NCBI GenBank assembly: GCA_958296065.1
Contig: CATQHX010000007.1
Coordinates: 4,275 to 68,274 of the forward strand
Source of the DNA: Vicinamibacterales bacterium
GTDB taxonomy: Bacteria > Acidobacteriota > Vicinamibacteria > Vicinamibacterales > UBA8438
Direction: 5' to 3'
Length of the DNA stretch: 64,000 nt
Part shown: piece after piece, positions 34,320 through 42,787 of the stretch
How positions within the stretch are numbered: position 1 is the stretch's first letter
Layout of the letters: every line of letters starts with the position of its first letter
Position numbers and translations under genes: made by a program
The notes under the pieces: generated by a model
What the model saw: the letters and a program-made list of their open reading frames with translations, nothing else
What the model was told of the DNA's origin: nothing
The model's database searches: none

Positions 34320-35198
34320 TCAGCGGACGGTGACGTCGACGAAGGTCGTCGTCCAGCAGCACTGGTCGCCGCCTCCGCCGTTGCCGGAGATGTCGTTGGC
34401 GGTGACCATCAGCCGGTAATCGCCCGGCTCGGTGAAGGTGGCGAACGTGGTGGTTTCGCCACCGGTGAGATCCGTGAACTCGTGGCGTCCGTTCGTCCCG
34501 TCCTCGGCTCCCGACTCGAAGATCACCTCGGCGGGGCCACGGTACATACGCCAAGTCAGCGTCAGCGGCGGCCGAGGGCGTCCCCGCCGGCGAGGCGGCG
34601 GGGGATTGGTCAGCGGCTCGTCGCGCGCCGACGCCTGCAACTCGATGGTCTCGCCGACCGCCGCGGTGTAGGCGGCGGAAACCCCCGTAACGGGGGGGCC
34701 CTGCAGCTCCTCGCCGTCGCCTACCCGGAGCCGCGGCGGCGTGTTTCCGTTCGCGCGGTTCAGGAACGGGTCGACGAAGTAGGGCGGGTTCAGCCAGAAC
34801 GAGACCTCCGAGCGCTGGTTGTTCGCGGCGAGGGTCCAGGTGAGCCGCTGCTCGCCGAAGTCCTCCGGCACGTTGATAGCGAACACCCCCCAGGCGCGCC
34901 GGGGCAGAAAGTGCGTCGGCTGACCGAGGTCGGGGCCGCCGGGTTGAATCTGGTTGTCGGGACCGATGGGGATGTCGACCGGATCTTCGTTCCGGCTGAA
35001 GTATCCGAGCAGAATCGTGAATGACCCGTCCGCGTTGCGGTACCAGCCCTCCACCGCCGGGAAGATCGCCTCGCCGCGGCTTCCTTCCGGCTCGAGGGGG
35101 AGCGGAGCGCGCGGCGGCTGGGCCGACGCGGCGGCGCCGAACAGGAGCACGGCGGCAAGCAGGGTCGAGAAACCTACCCGAAACCTGTAGAGCTGCAT
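34320..35198 (-). CDS. Hypothetical secreted protein with Ig/PKD-like C-terminal module
   Basis: Signal peptide LLFGAAASAQ. Basic proline-rich linker PPPPRRRGRPRPP. C-terminal GDYRLMVTANDISGNGGGGDQCCWTTTFVDVTV. Downstream of the cytochrome c/PHM-like paralogue on the same strand. Confidence 0.55.
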   Translation of the reverse strand: MQLYRFRVGFSTLLAAVLLFGAAASAQPPRAPLPLEPEGSRGEAIFPAVEGWYRNADGSFTILLGYFSRNEDPVDIPIGPDNQIQPGGPDLGQPTHFLPRRAWGVFAINVPEDFGEQRLTWTLAANNQRSEVSFWLNPPYFVDPFLNRANGNTPPRLRVGDGEELQGPPVTGVSAAYTAAVGETIELQASARDEPLTNPPPPRRRGRPRPPLTLTWRMYRGPAEVIFESGAEDGTNGRHEFTDLTGGETTTFATFTEPGDYRLMVTANDISGNGGGGDQCCWTTTFVDVTVR

Positions 35199-35288
35199 CG
35201 GTATCTTCCCCGGAGCAGGGCAGGGGTTGTGAAGCGAGGCGTCGGGCCGCCGCCCCCGAGAGCAGCGGCCCGTGCCGGTACGCGGCGA

Positions 35289-36617
35289 TCAGTCGTCGTT
35301 GTCGGTGAGAGTCGCCCGCGCCGCGACCTCCGCCTCGTAGTGCTCGTCCGTAAAGTAGGTGACGTTGACCCATGCGTGGGCCATCTCGTCCACCGTCCGG
35401 TCCCCGTAGCCGACCCAGACGTTTGGATCGGGGTTCGCCCGGTTGGCTGCCGTGTTGTCGTGCCACGCGGTGACCTTGATGAGCGTGCCTTTCGGCAGCA
35501 GCGGCGCGACGTCGTCGCCGTAGACGTAGGTGTTGTGCCAGTTGAAGTTGAAGTCGCCGACGTGGCTCAGCACCTGCCGCGCTCCGGTGGGGAGGATGGC
35601 CTCCATCGCCATCGCCTTGCCGCGCAGGTGCATGTGCGGCTGGAAGCTCTCGATGCGGGCGGCGCGCTTCAGCGGGAAGAACCCTTCGGTGACCGAGACG
35701 GTGTTCGGCGGGATGTCGACGCCGCCGGCCCCCATCAGGTGCAGCACCTGCCGGTGCTCCGGCTCTTCACCCTTCTCGTAGAAGTAGATGCCGAGCTCGA
35801 CGTGGTCGGTGATTTCCTCACCGACGGCCGAGTAGTGCACATCCCAGATTATCCGCGAGCCGGGCAGCATCAGCTTGCCGCTGCCCGGGCGCATCAGTTC
35901 GCCCTGCTTGCCGACCGCCCACTCCATGAAGAGGCCGGAGTTGTTCAGCGGATCGTCGGAGCCGGTGGCCGCCGTGTTCTGCAACAGCGGATCGGTTTCT
36001 TCCTGCTCGAGGCGGGCGATGGCGTGGTGCGTGATCCGGCGACCGGCGGTCGTGCCGGGCCGCAGTTCGATTGCCCGCACCCAGCGCGGTTCGGTCAGTC
36101 CGGTCTCGGAAACCGGCTTCCACCAGGCGTCGTTCGCCTCGGCCGGCATCGTGTAGGGTTCGGACCTGACCACGAGGTCCGGCGGCCCGAACAGCTCCGC
36201 GAAGTACCACTTCGACTCGTCGGGCCACTCGATCGGCGCCGGCATGTCGGCCGGATTGCCGCGCGGCGCCCCGCCGTCGACCCAGCGGACGACGGTGTCG
36301 ACCTCCGCGTCGGTCAGCGAGCGATCGTTCTTGAACTCGTGGATGCCGACCGTCCTGTCGATGTGCCAGGGCGGCATCTGCCTGGTCGCCACGCGATCCT
36401 TGATCGAGCGCGCCCACGGCCGGGATTCCTGGTAGGTCACCAGGGACATCGGGGCGATGGAGCCTGCACGATGGCATGCCTCGCACTTGGCCTGAAAGAT
36501 TGGGGCCACGTCCTTCGTGAACGTGGGCACTTCGTCCTCGGCGGCGACGGCGACGCCGGGAAGGAGAGCCGCCGCCGCTGCGACGGCCACCAGTGCGCCC
36601 ATGATTCTGGTCAGCAT
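35289..36617 (-). CDS. Secreted c-type cytochrome domain fused to a PHM/DBH-like domain (paralogue of 10450-11934)
   Basis: CEACH, RPWARSIKDRVATRQMPPW, ITHHAIAR, HMHLRGK. ATG 36617 with AAAGGGA SD. Confidence 0.65.
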   Translation of the reverse strand: MLTRIMGALVAVAAAAALLPGVAVAAEDEVPTFTKDVAPIFQAKCEACHRAGSIAPMSLVTYQESRPWARSIKDRVATRQMPPWHIDRTVGIHEFKNDRSLTDAEVDTVVRWVDGGAPRGNPADMPAPIEWPDESKWYFAELFGPPDLVVRSEPYTMPAEANDAWWKPVSETGLTEPRWVRAIELRPGTTAGRRITHHAIARLEQEETDPLLQNTAATGSDDPLNNSGLFMEWAVGKQGELMRPGSGKLMLPGSRIIWDVHYSAVGEEITDHVELGIYFYEKGEEPEHRQVLHLMGAGGVDIPPNTVSVTEGFFPLKRAARIESFQPHMHLRGKAMAMEAILPTGARQVLSHVGDFNFNWHNTYVYGDDVAPLLPKGTLIKVTAWHDNTAANRANPDPNVWVGYGDRTVDEMAHAWVNVTYFTDEHYEAEVAARATLTDNDD

Positions 36618-36811
36618 CGAATAGTCCCTTTCGTTACTCTTCCCCGCGGCCCGGGGCAACCGCCGCCAGCGAAACCCTCATTATAATCGTGGTCGGCGAG
36701 CCGGTCGCGCGCGAACGTCGCGCTGAACGACGACCGGGCGCGCCCGCGGCGGCCGGGCCGTGCAGCCGCGAGCCCGCATTGACAAAGACGAGCTGCGAGG
36801 TTCAGACGTTT

Positions 36812-38134
36812 ATGCCCAAGACGACTTCTATCGGCGCAGCGGCAATACTCCTGCTAAGCGTCTTCACCGTCACCACCGTCGTGGGGCAGCGCGGCGGCGC
36901 GTTCCGGGCATCGCGCGACCACCCGGCGATCCTGTACACGGACGGCGCGGTCGACAACGCCATCGCGGACCTCGACCGCAGGCTCGAGGAGGGCTCGGCC
37001 TCGCTGGCCTTCGATGGCCGGAGCGGCTATCTGCGCTCGTTGCTCGACGCACTCGACATGCCGGTGGAGTCCCAGGTGCTCGTCTTCTCCCCGACGAGCT
37101 TCCAGGAGGACTACATCGACTTCGACAACCCGCGCGCCGTCTTCTTCCGCGACGACATCGCGCTCGGCTGGGTTCGAGGCGCCGACGTCATCGAGATCGC
37201 GGCCCAGGACCGGCGGCAGGGCACGATCTTCTACTCGCTGGAGCAGGCTTCCTCGGCGGCCCCCCGCATCCGGCGCCGCGAGACCTGCCTCGCCTGCCAC
37301 CTGTCGTGGGACACGCTCGGCGTGCCCGGCCCGCAGGTCCTCAGCATGTTTCCGATGCCGGCCGACCCCAACGCCTACGCGAGCGGACACGCCACGGACC
37401 ATCGCAGCCGGCTGGAGGACCGCTGGGGCGGCTGGTACGTGACCGGGTCGCACGGCGGCGTCGCGCACATGGGCAACGTCGAGGTGGAAGACGTCGAGGA
37501 CCCGCATGCGACCTTCGGCGTCGTGCCGCCGGCGATCGAGTCGCTGGAGGGGCGCTTCGACCTCGAAGGCTTCCCGACCCCCTACAGCGACATCGTGGCG
37601 CTGATGGTGCTGGAGCACCAGGCGCACATGACGAACCTGATCACCCGCATCGGCTGGGAGGCGCGGCGGGTGGAGCATCGTGCGGAGATGGTGGCGCCGG
37701 CGGACCGCGGGCGCTCGACCGACGACGGCCGCTTCCGGGAGATCGTCGACGAGGCTGCGGTGGAGCTGGTCGACTACCTGCTGTTCGTCGACGAGGCACC
37801 CCTGCCGCCGGGGGTCGCGGGCGGCTCGGGCTTCACCGAGATGTTCTCGGCGCGCGGCCCGCCGGACAGCCGCGGCCGCTCACTCCGCGAGATCTCGCTC
37901 GACGGTCGTCTGTTCCGCTATCCGTGCAGCTACATGATCTACACGGCGGCGTTCGACGCCCTGCCGGAGACCGCGCTCGACGCGATCTACCGGCGGATGT
38001 GGGCCGTGCTGTCGGGGGAGGTCACCGAGTCGCACTACGACCGCCTGGCGCTGGCCGACCGGCAGGCGATCGTGGAGATCCTGCGCGACACCAAGCCGGG
38101 CCTGCCGGACTACTTCGGGACCGTCACGCGGTAA
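36812..38134 (+). CDS. Hypothetical secreted mono-haem (CxxCH) protein
   Basis: Signal peptide and a single CLACH motif. Balanced composition, no family name recalled. Divergent from 35289-36617. Confidence 0.55.
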   Translation: MPKTTSIGAAAILLLSVFTVTTVVGQRGGAFRASRDHPAILYTDGAVDNAIADLDRRLEEGSASLAFDGRSGYLRSLLDALDMPVESQVLVFSPTSFQEDYIDFDNPRAVFFRDDIALGWVRGADVIEIAAQDRRQGTIFYSLEQASSAAPRIRRRETCLACHLSWDTLGVPGPQVLSMFPMPADPNAYASGHATDHRSRLEDRWGGWYVTGSHGGVAHMGNVEVEDVEDPHATFGVVPPAIESLEGRFDLEGFPTPYSDIVALMVLEHQAHMTNLITRIGWEARRVEHRAEMVAPADRGRSTDDGRFREIVDEAAVELVDYLLFVDEAPLPPGVAGGSGFTEMFSARGPPDSRGRSLREISLDGRLFRYPCSYMIYTAAFDALPETALDAIYRRMWAVLSGEVTESHYDRLALADRQAIVEILRDTKPGLPDYFGTVTR

Positions 38135-38147
38135 GAGGACCGGCGAT

Positions 38148-38163
38148 TGGCACGGAAACTGCT
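38148..38163 (+). promoter_or_regulatory. Sigma-54 (RpoN)-type -24/-12 promoter candidate
   Basis: TGGCAC-GGAAA-CTGCT has GG and GC at the canonical spacing of TGGCAC-N5-TTGCW. It lies 52 nt upstream of ATG 38216. Confidence 0.4.
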
Positions 38164-38215
38164 TGATAGTGGTGGCAGGACAGGTAACCCCGGATTCGTC
38201 CGATAATCGACAGAC

Positions 38216-38488
38216 ATGATCTATTGCGTGATTGGCGACGACGAGACCGCGTGGGAGGCGCTCATCCAGCGGCGCTTCCCCGACGACGACGACTATCTGA
38301 AGGTGGGTCCGTGCCACTGGCTTGTCCGCGCCGACGCATCGACCAGCAAGGCCGTATGGCAACGAATCGTAGGCGAAGGCGACCAGCCGACCGGCATGGT
38401 CTTCCCGGTCCGCGGCTACTACGGTTTCCGCGACGCCACGGTCTGGGAGTGGATGGCCGCGAAGCGCACCCTGGACAATGGCGATTGA
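38216..38488 (+). CDS. Hypothetical small acidic protein (90 aa)
   Basis: High third-position GC in this frame and no TM. Overlaps the next ORF by 11 nt. Confidence 0.45.
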   Translation: MIYCVIGDDETAWEALIQRRFPDDDDYLKVGPCHWLVRADASTSKAVWQRIVGEGDQPTGMVFPVRGYYGFRDATVWEWMAAKRTLDNGD

Positions 38489-38849
38489 ACGAATCGTCCG
38501 CGGCAGGCCGGGCGGGCAGGAGTCAGGCAAGAGCACGCCGGAGAATTACCCGATTGCCACTCCACCGGGCTTGCAAGCCGCCGACCACAGTTGGGTTCTG
38601 CAGACTACCATGGAGCTGCAGAAGTCCGTTGGTGCGCTCACGCAGGCGGTGGCTACCCTGACCGAGCAGGTCAAGGACCAGGGAGCCAAGCTCGATGCGA
38701 TGCGCCACGAAGTGACCGCGGCGCGCGCATCCATCAAGACGGCCGGATGGCTGCTTGGTGGGATCGCAGCCGTCATCGCGTGGTTGTTGTACCGTCTTCC
38801 GCCCGTCGTCACCGCACTCCTGGACGCGATCCGACCCGGTCAAGGGTAA
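38478..38849 (+). CDS. Hypothetical small protein with coiled-coil segment and C-terminal TM anchor (123 aa)
   Basis: Heptad-like LQKSVGALTQAVATLTEQVKDQGAKLDAMRHEV, TM GWLLGGIAAVIAWLLY. No clear SD, so it may depend on coupling to the upstream ORF. Confidence 0.45.
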   Translation: MAIERIVRGRPGGQESGKSTPENYPIATPPGLQAADHSWVLQTTMELQKSVGALTQAVATLTEQVKDQGAKLDAMRHEVTAARASIKTAGWLLGGIAAVIAWLLYRLPPVVTALLDAIRPGQG

Positions 38850-38855
38850 CCGCGG

Positions 38856-39134
38856 TTACTCAATGCGGATTGGGTTCAGCGGAACCAACCTTTCTTCTGG
38901 GGAGTATCGACGTACTCCTGGAGCGGCGGCAAGAATGAATCCACCGCCCTCGACATTTCCAGCAGCGTCATGGAGCGAGACCATCAGAGTTCCCTTGTTG
39001 TCGACGACGTGTGCGTTCGTGACGATCAAGCCGTCGGAAGAAACGAGGAGACCGGCACCCAGATGATTGACTCCCTCGATGATGGGCACGTGGTTGCGGC
39101 ATTCGTGGATGATCGGCTTCCACTCGGCAGACAT
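38856..39134 (-). pseudogene. Remnant (N-terminal barrel only) of an S1C/HtrA-type trypsin-like serine protease
   Basis: GAGLLVSSDGLIVTNAHVVDN...MVSLHD matches the catalytic-His region. The ORF stops after 92 aa, before the Asp and Ser motifs. Confidence 0.4.
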
Positions 39135-39154
39135 GGCGGGCCTCCCGCGTCACT

Positions 39155-40513
39155 CTACACGATGCCGTAGGCGATCATCGCGTCGGCGACCTTGCGGAAG
39201 CCGGCGATGTTCGCGCCGCGCACGTAGTTCACGGAGCCGTCCGCGTCGGTGCCGTCCTGGCGGCACTTCTCGTGGATGTCGTGCATGATGGTCCGGAGCT
39301 GCCGGTCGACCTCCTCGCGAGACCAGGAGATGCGCAGGGCGTTCTGGCTCTGCTCCAGGCCGGACACGGCAACGCCCCCCGCGTTGGCCGCCTTGGCCGG
39401 GCCGAACAGGACCTCCCGGGCAAGAAACGCCCGCACCGCTCCCAGCGTGGAAGGCATGTTGGCGCCTTCGGACACCGCCAGGAGCCCGTTGTCGATCAGG
39501 GCTTCCGCGTCGTCGGCGTCCAGCTCGTTCTGCGTGGCGCAGGGCAGGGCGAGCTGGCAGGGGATGCGCCACGGCCGTTGCTTCTCGTGGTACTTGCAGC
39601 CGAAGTGCTGGGCGTACTCGTGGACCCGTCCCCGGCGAACCTCCTTGAGCTCTTTCAGCCACGCCAGGCGCTCGGTGTCGATGCCGTGCGGGTCGTGGAT
39701 GAAGCCGTTCGAATCCGAGGCGGTGACGACGGTGGCGCCCAGCTCGTTCAGTTTCTCGATGGCGTAGAGGGCGACGTTGCCGGAGCCGGAGACGACAGCC
39801 GTCTTGCCGGCGATTTCCTCGCCGCGGGTCGCCAGCATGTTCTGCAGGAAGTAGACCGCCCCGTAGCCGGTGGCCTCGGTCCGCACCAGGCTGCCTCCGA
39901 ACGCCAGGCCCTTGCCGGTGAGGACGCCGGTGAAGCGGTTCGCAAGGCGCATGTACTGGCCGAACAGGAACCCTATCTCGCGCGAGCCGACGCCTATGTC
40001 GCCGGCGGGGACGTCGGTGTCCTCGCCGATGTGGCGGTGCAGCTCCCGCATCATCGCCTGACAGAAACGCATGACCTCGTTGGCGCTGCGGCCGCGCGGG
40101 CTGAAGTTCGAGCCACCCTTGGCGCCCCCCATCGGCAGGCCGGTGAGGCTGTTCTTGAGGATCTGCTCGAAGCCCAGGAACTTCAGCACGCTCTGCGTGA
40201 CCGTGGGGTGGAAGCGCAGGCCGCCCTTGTAGGGGCCGATGACGTTGCTGAACTGCACGCGCCAGGCCCGCGCGGCACGGACGCCGCCCCGATCGTCCTG
40301 CCAGGTCACCCGGAACGTGATGATCCGGTCGGGTTCGGTGAGCCGTTCCAGGATGCGCGCCTCTTCGTACTCGGGATGCGCCATGACGAACGGGACGACG
40401 CACTGGGCCACCTCCCGGACGGCCTGATGGAACTCGGGCTCGCCCGGGTTGCGGCGGACGAGACCGGCCATGAATTTCTCCAACCGCTCATGGACGCCCG
40501 GAATCCGGTGCAT
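39155..40513 (-). CDS. gdhA: NADP-specific glutamate dehydrogenase
   Basis: GPYKGGLRFHP, LPMGGAKGG, DVPAGDIGVG, GSGNVA Rossmann motif, EGANMP. ATG 40513 preceded by GGAGGAGG. Confidence 0.92.
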   Translation of the reverse strand: MHRIPGVHERLEKFMAGLVRRNPGEPEFHQAVREVAQCVVPFVMAHPEYEEARILERLTEPDRIITFRVTWQDDRGGVRAARAWRVQFSNVIGPYKGGLRFHPTVTQSVLKFLGFEQILKNSLTGLPMGGAKGGSNFSPRGRSANEVMRFCQAMMRELHRHIGEDTDVPAGDIGVGSREIGFLFGQYMRLANRFTGVLTGKGLAFGGSLVRTEATGYGAVYFLQNMLATRGEEIAGKTAVVSGSGNVALYAIEKLNELGATVVTASDSNGFIHDPHGIDTERLAWLKELKEVRRGRVHEYAQHFGCKYHEKQRPWRIPCQLALPCATQNELDADDAEALIDNGLLAVSEGANMPSTLGAVRAFLAREVLFGPAKAANAGGVAVSGLEQSQNALRISWSREEVDRQLRTIMHDIHEKCRQDGTDADGSVNYVRGANIAGFRKVADAMIAYGIV

Positions 40514-40609
40514 TCCCCTGCCTCCTCCGTCTTCGCTTCCCGTGATCCTCTTCGGGCGAAGCGCGCATTCCTTGCGGTCGGGGCGCAACTTCGTCAACGC
40601 GGTGCGTTC

Positions 40610-41662
40610 TCATTCCTCGCGGCGCGGCTTCTTGAGCAGCGCGGCCAGATCGCGTGACGTGCCCGGCAATCGGTCGTCGCCCAGCGACAGCATCCAGCCC
40701 GGATACGGCGCCGTGGTCGCGCTCACCTCGTCGAGCCGTTCCAGCTCGTCGCCGGTCAGGGTGAGCTCCGCCGCGCCCAGGTTGTCGACGAGCTGGTCCA
40801 TCCGCTTGGCGCCGATGATGACGCTGGTGACGGTGTCCTTGGCCAGCAGCCACGCCAAGGCCACCTGGGCCACGGATGCGCCGTGGGCATCGGCTATCGG
40901 CCGCATGACGTCGATGATGTCGAACGCGCGCTCCTTGTCGAGCGGCGGGAAGTCGAACGCGACGCGGCGTGCGTCGGCCTCGCCGGCGCCCTCGCGGGTG
41001 AACTTGCCGGAGAGAAAGCCGCCGGCCAGCGGGCTCCAGACGAGCAGGCCGAGGCCCTGGTCCCGGATGAGCGGAATCGTGTCGCGCTCGATGTCGCGTC
41101 CCGCCAGCGCGTAGTAGGACTGCGTGCACTGGAAGCGCTCGAAGCCCCGCCGCTCCGACACGCCGAGCGACTTCATCAGCTCCCACGCCTCCAGGTTCGA
41201 GCAGCCGATGGTGCGGACCTTGCCGGCGCGAACGAGATCGGTCAACGCGCTCAGCGTCTCGTCGATGGCGGTCTCGGGGTCGGCGCGGTGGATCTGGTAG
41301 AGGTCTATGTAGTCGGTGCCGAGCCGCTTCAGGCTCGCCTCGCACGCGTCGATGATGTGCAGCCGGGAGAGGCCGACCTGGTTGGGGCCGGGTCCCATGC
41401 GGCCGCGCACCTTGGTCGCGATGACCACGTCGCGGCGGCGGGCGGCGAGCGCGCGGCCGAGAATCTCTTCGGAATCGCCGGTGGAGTAGACGTCCGCCGT
41501 GTCGAAGAAGTTGATGCCGGCGTCAATCGAGCGGCCGACGAGCGCGTCCGCCTCCTGCTGGCCGAGCGCGCCGATCATCTCCCACTGCGTGCCGAAGGTC
41601 ATCGCTCCCAGGCAGAGTTCGGAGACGTACACCCCAGTCGTGCCCAACCGTCGGTACTTCAT
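40610..41662 (-). CDS. Aldo/keto reductase family oxidoreductase
   Basis: MKYRRLGTTGVYVSELCLGAMTFG, INFFDTADVYS.G.SEEILG, IDLYQIHR, GCSN. Confidence 0.9.
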   Translation of the reverse strand: MKYRRLGTTGVYVSELCLGAMTFGTQWEMIGALGQQEADALVGRSIDAGINFFDTADVYSTGDSEEILGRALAARRRDVVIATKVRGRMGPGPNQVGLSRLHIIDACEASLKRLGTDYIDLYQIHRADPETAIDETLSALTDLVRAGKVRTIGCSNLEAWELMKSLGVSERRGFERFQCTQSYYALAGRDIERDTIPLIRDQGLGLLVWSPLAGGFLSGKFTREGAGEADARRVAFDFPPLDKERAFDIIDVMRPIADAHGASVAQVALAWLLAKDTVTSVIIGAKRMDQLVDNLGAAELTLTGDELERLDEVSATTAPYPGWMLSLGDDRLPGTSRDLAALLKKPRREE

Positions 41663-41702
41663 CCAACCATTCTACCGGGCGCGGTGCCTTGCCGCCGGCG
41701 TT

Positions 41703-42443
41703 CTAGCGGCTCTCCCATCGCGCCATCATCCAGTCGCCGGCGTCGCGCAGCGAGCGGACGTAGCCGCCCATCGCGTAGTGGCCCACGCGGTCGAGCGCGG
41801 TGAACGCCACCGTGCCGCCCGCTTCCTCGAGCTGCCGGGCCGCTTCCTCGGCGGGACCGAACGGAACGACGTCGTCCGCGCGGCTGTGGATGATGTGTAC
41901 CGGCATCTCGCCGAGAGCGTCGAGCGGGTCGTCGCCCGGGCGGCCGGCGATGGGAATGGCGCCGGTGAAGAAGTCCGGGTGCCGGGTCGCGAAGAACCAG
42001 GTCCCGCGCCCGCCGAGGCTGAAGCCGGTGACGAGTACGCGCCCGCGGTCGATGTTGTACGTCTCGACGATCTGTTCCAGCAGCGCCATCACGCCCCGGT
42101 CGGAGACCTCGCTCGTCCAGCGCCGCGTCGGCACGTCCGGGGCGACGACCACCGCGTTCAGGCCGCGCAGCGCCGGCTCGAACATCTGCCGCATGTGGAG
42201 ACTGCCGTAGTACGAGCCCTGCTTTCCGCCAGGGTGCAAGGCCAGGATCAGGGCATGCGGCGTGCCCGGCTCGTAGCCGGCCGGCACTGACACGGCGTAT
42301 GGCATTTCGCCGTGCCCCTCGATCTCGAACGTCAGGTGCTCCACCGCCGGCCGTCCTCCCGCCTGCGCGCGCAGCGACACGGTGACCGCGGCCATAAGAA
42401 CGGCAAACGCGACGAGCATGCGGACCCTCAGCGATGTACACAT
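41703..42443 (-). CDS. Secreted alpha/beta-hydrolase (esterase / PHB-depolymerase-like)
   Basis: Signal peptide; nucleophile elbow GFSLGG; HSRADDVVP and GH near the C-terminus. Confidence 0.7.
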   Translation of the reverse strand: MCTSLRVRMLVAFAVLMAAVTVSLRAQAGGRPAVEHLTFEIEGHGEMPYAVSVPAGYEPGTPHALILALHPGGKQGSYYGSLHMRQMFEPALRGLNAVVVAPDVPTRRWTSEVSDRGVMALLEQIVETYNIDRGRVLVTGFSLGGRGTWFFATRHPDFFTGAIPIAGRPGDDPLDALGEMPVHIIHSRADDVVPFGPAEEAARQLEEAGGTVAFTALDRVGHYAMGGYVRSLRDAGDWMMARWESR

Positions 42444-42553
42444 CTTCGATCCTCCCCGTGGACCCGTCAGAAAGCGGAGCCTTTATGATACGGCATTCCC
42501 TCGTCCTGTGCGCCGGACGCTCGGGGTTGAAGGGCCAACCATCCTGGGGCAAC

Positions 42554-42582
42554 TCGACTCGATCCCTGGTTGACGATACAAT
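42554..42582 (+). promoter_or_regulatory. Possible sigma-70 promoter for the HD/YwgA-like pair
   Basis: TCGACT (42554-42559), 17-nt spacer, TACAAT (42577-42582), about 205 nt upstream of ATG 42788. Sequence match only. Confidence 0.25.
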
Positions 42583-42787
42583 TCCGAATGCTGTCACCGC
42601 TGTCGCCGGCCCCCTGTTTGCCGAGTGCAGCTCCCACGGCGTCGCGCCGGATACAGCCGTCCGATGATTCACCGGGTGGCCAAGCACCCCCCATGAAGGT
42701 CTGGTACAGAGGCGTCCGAACTCCGCTGACTCGACTTTCCGGCAGCCACTGTGCTTTGGCCGCGCCCTTCGAGGGATGAGGCTGCTA

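Noticed and set aside
42776-42787. Upstream ATG 42776 as the start of the HD protein
   Set aside because: GAGGG abuts this ATG with zero spacing, whereas ATG 42788 has GAGG at a 6-nt spacing. The first conserved residues (HEIRDPVH) follow either start.
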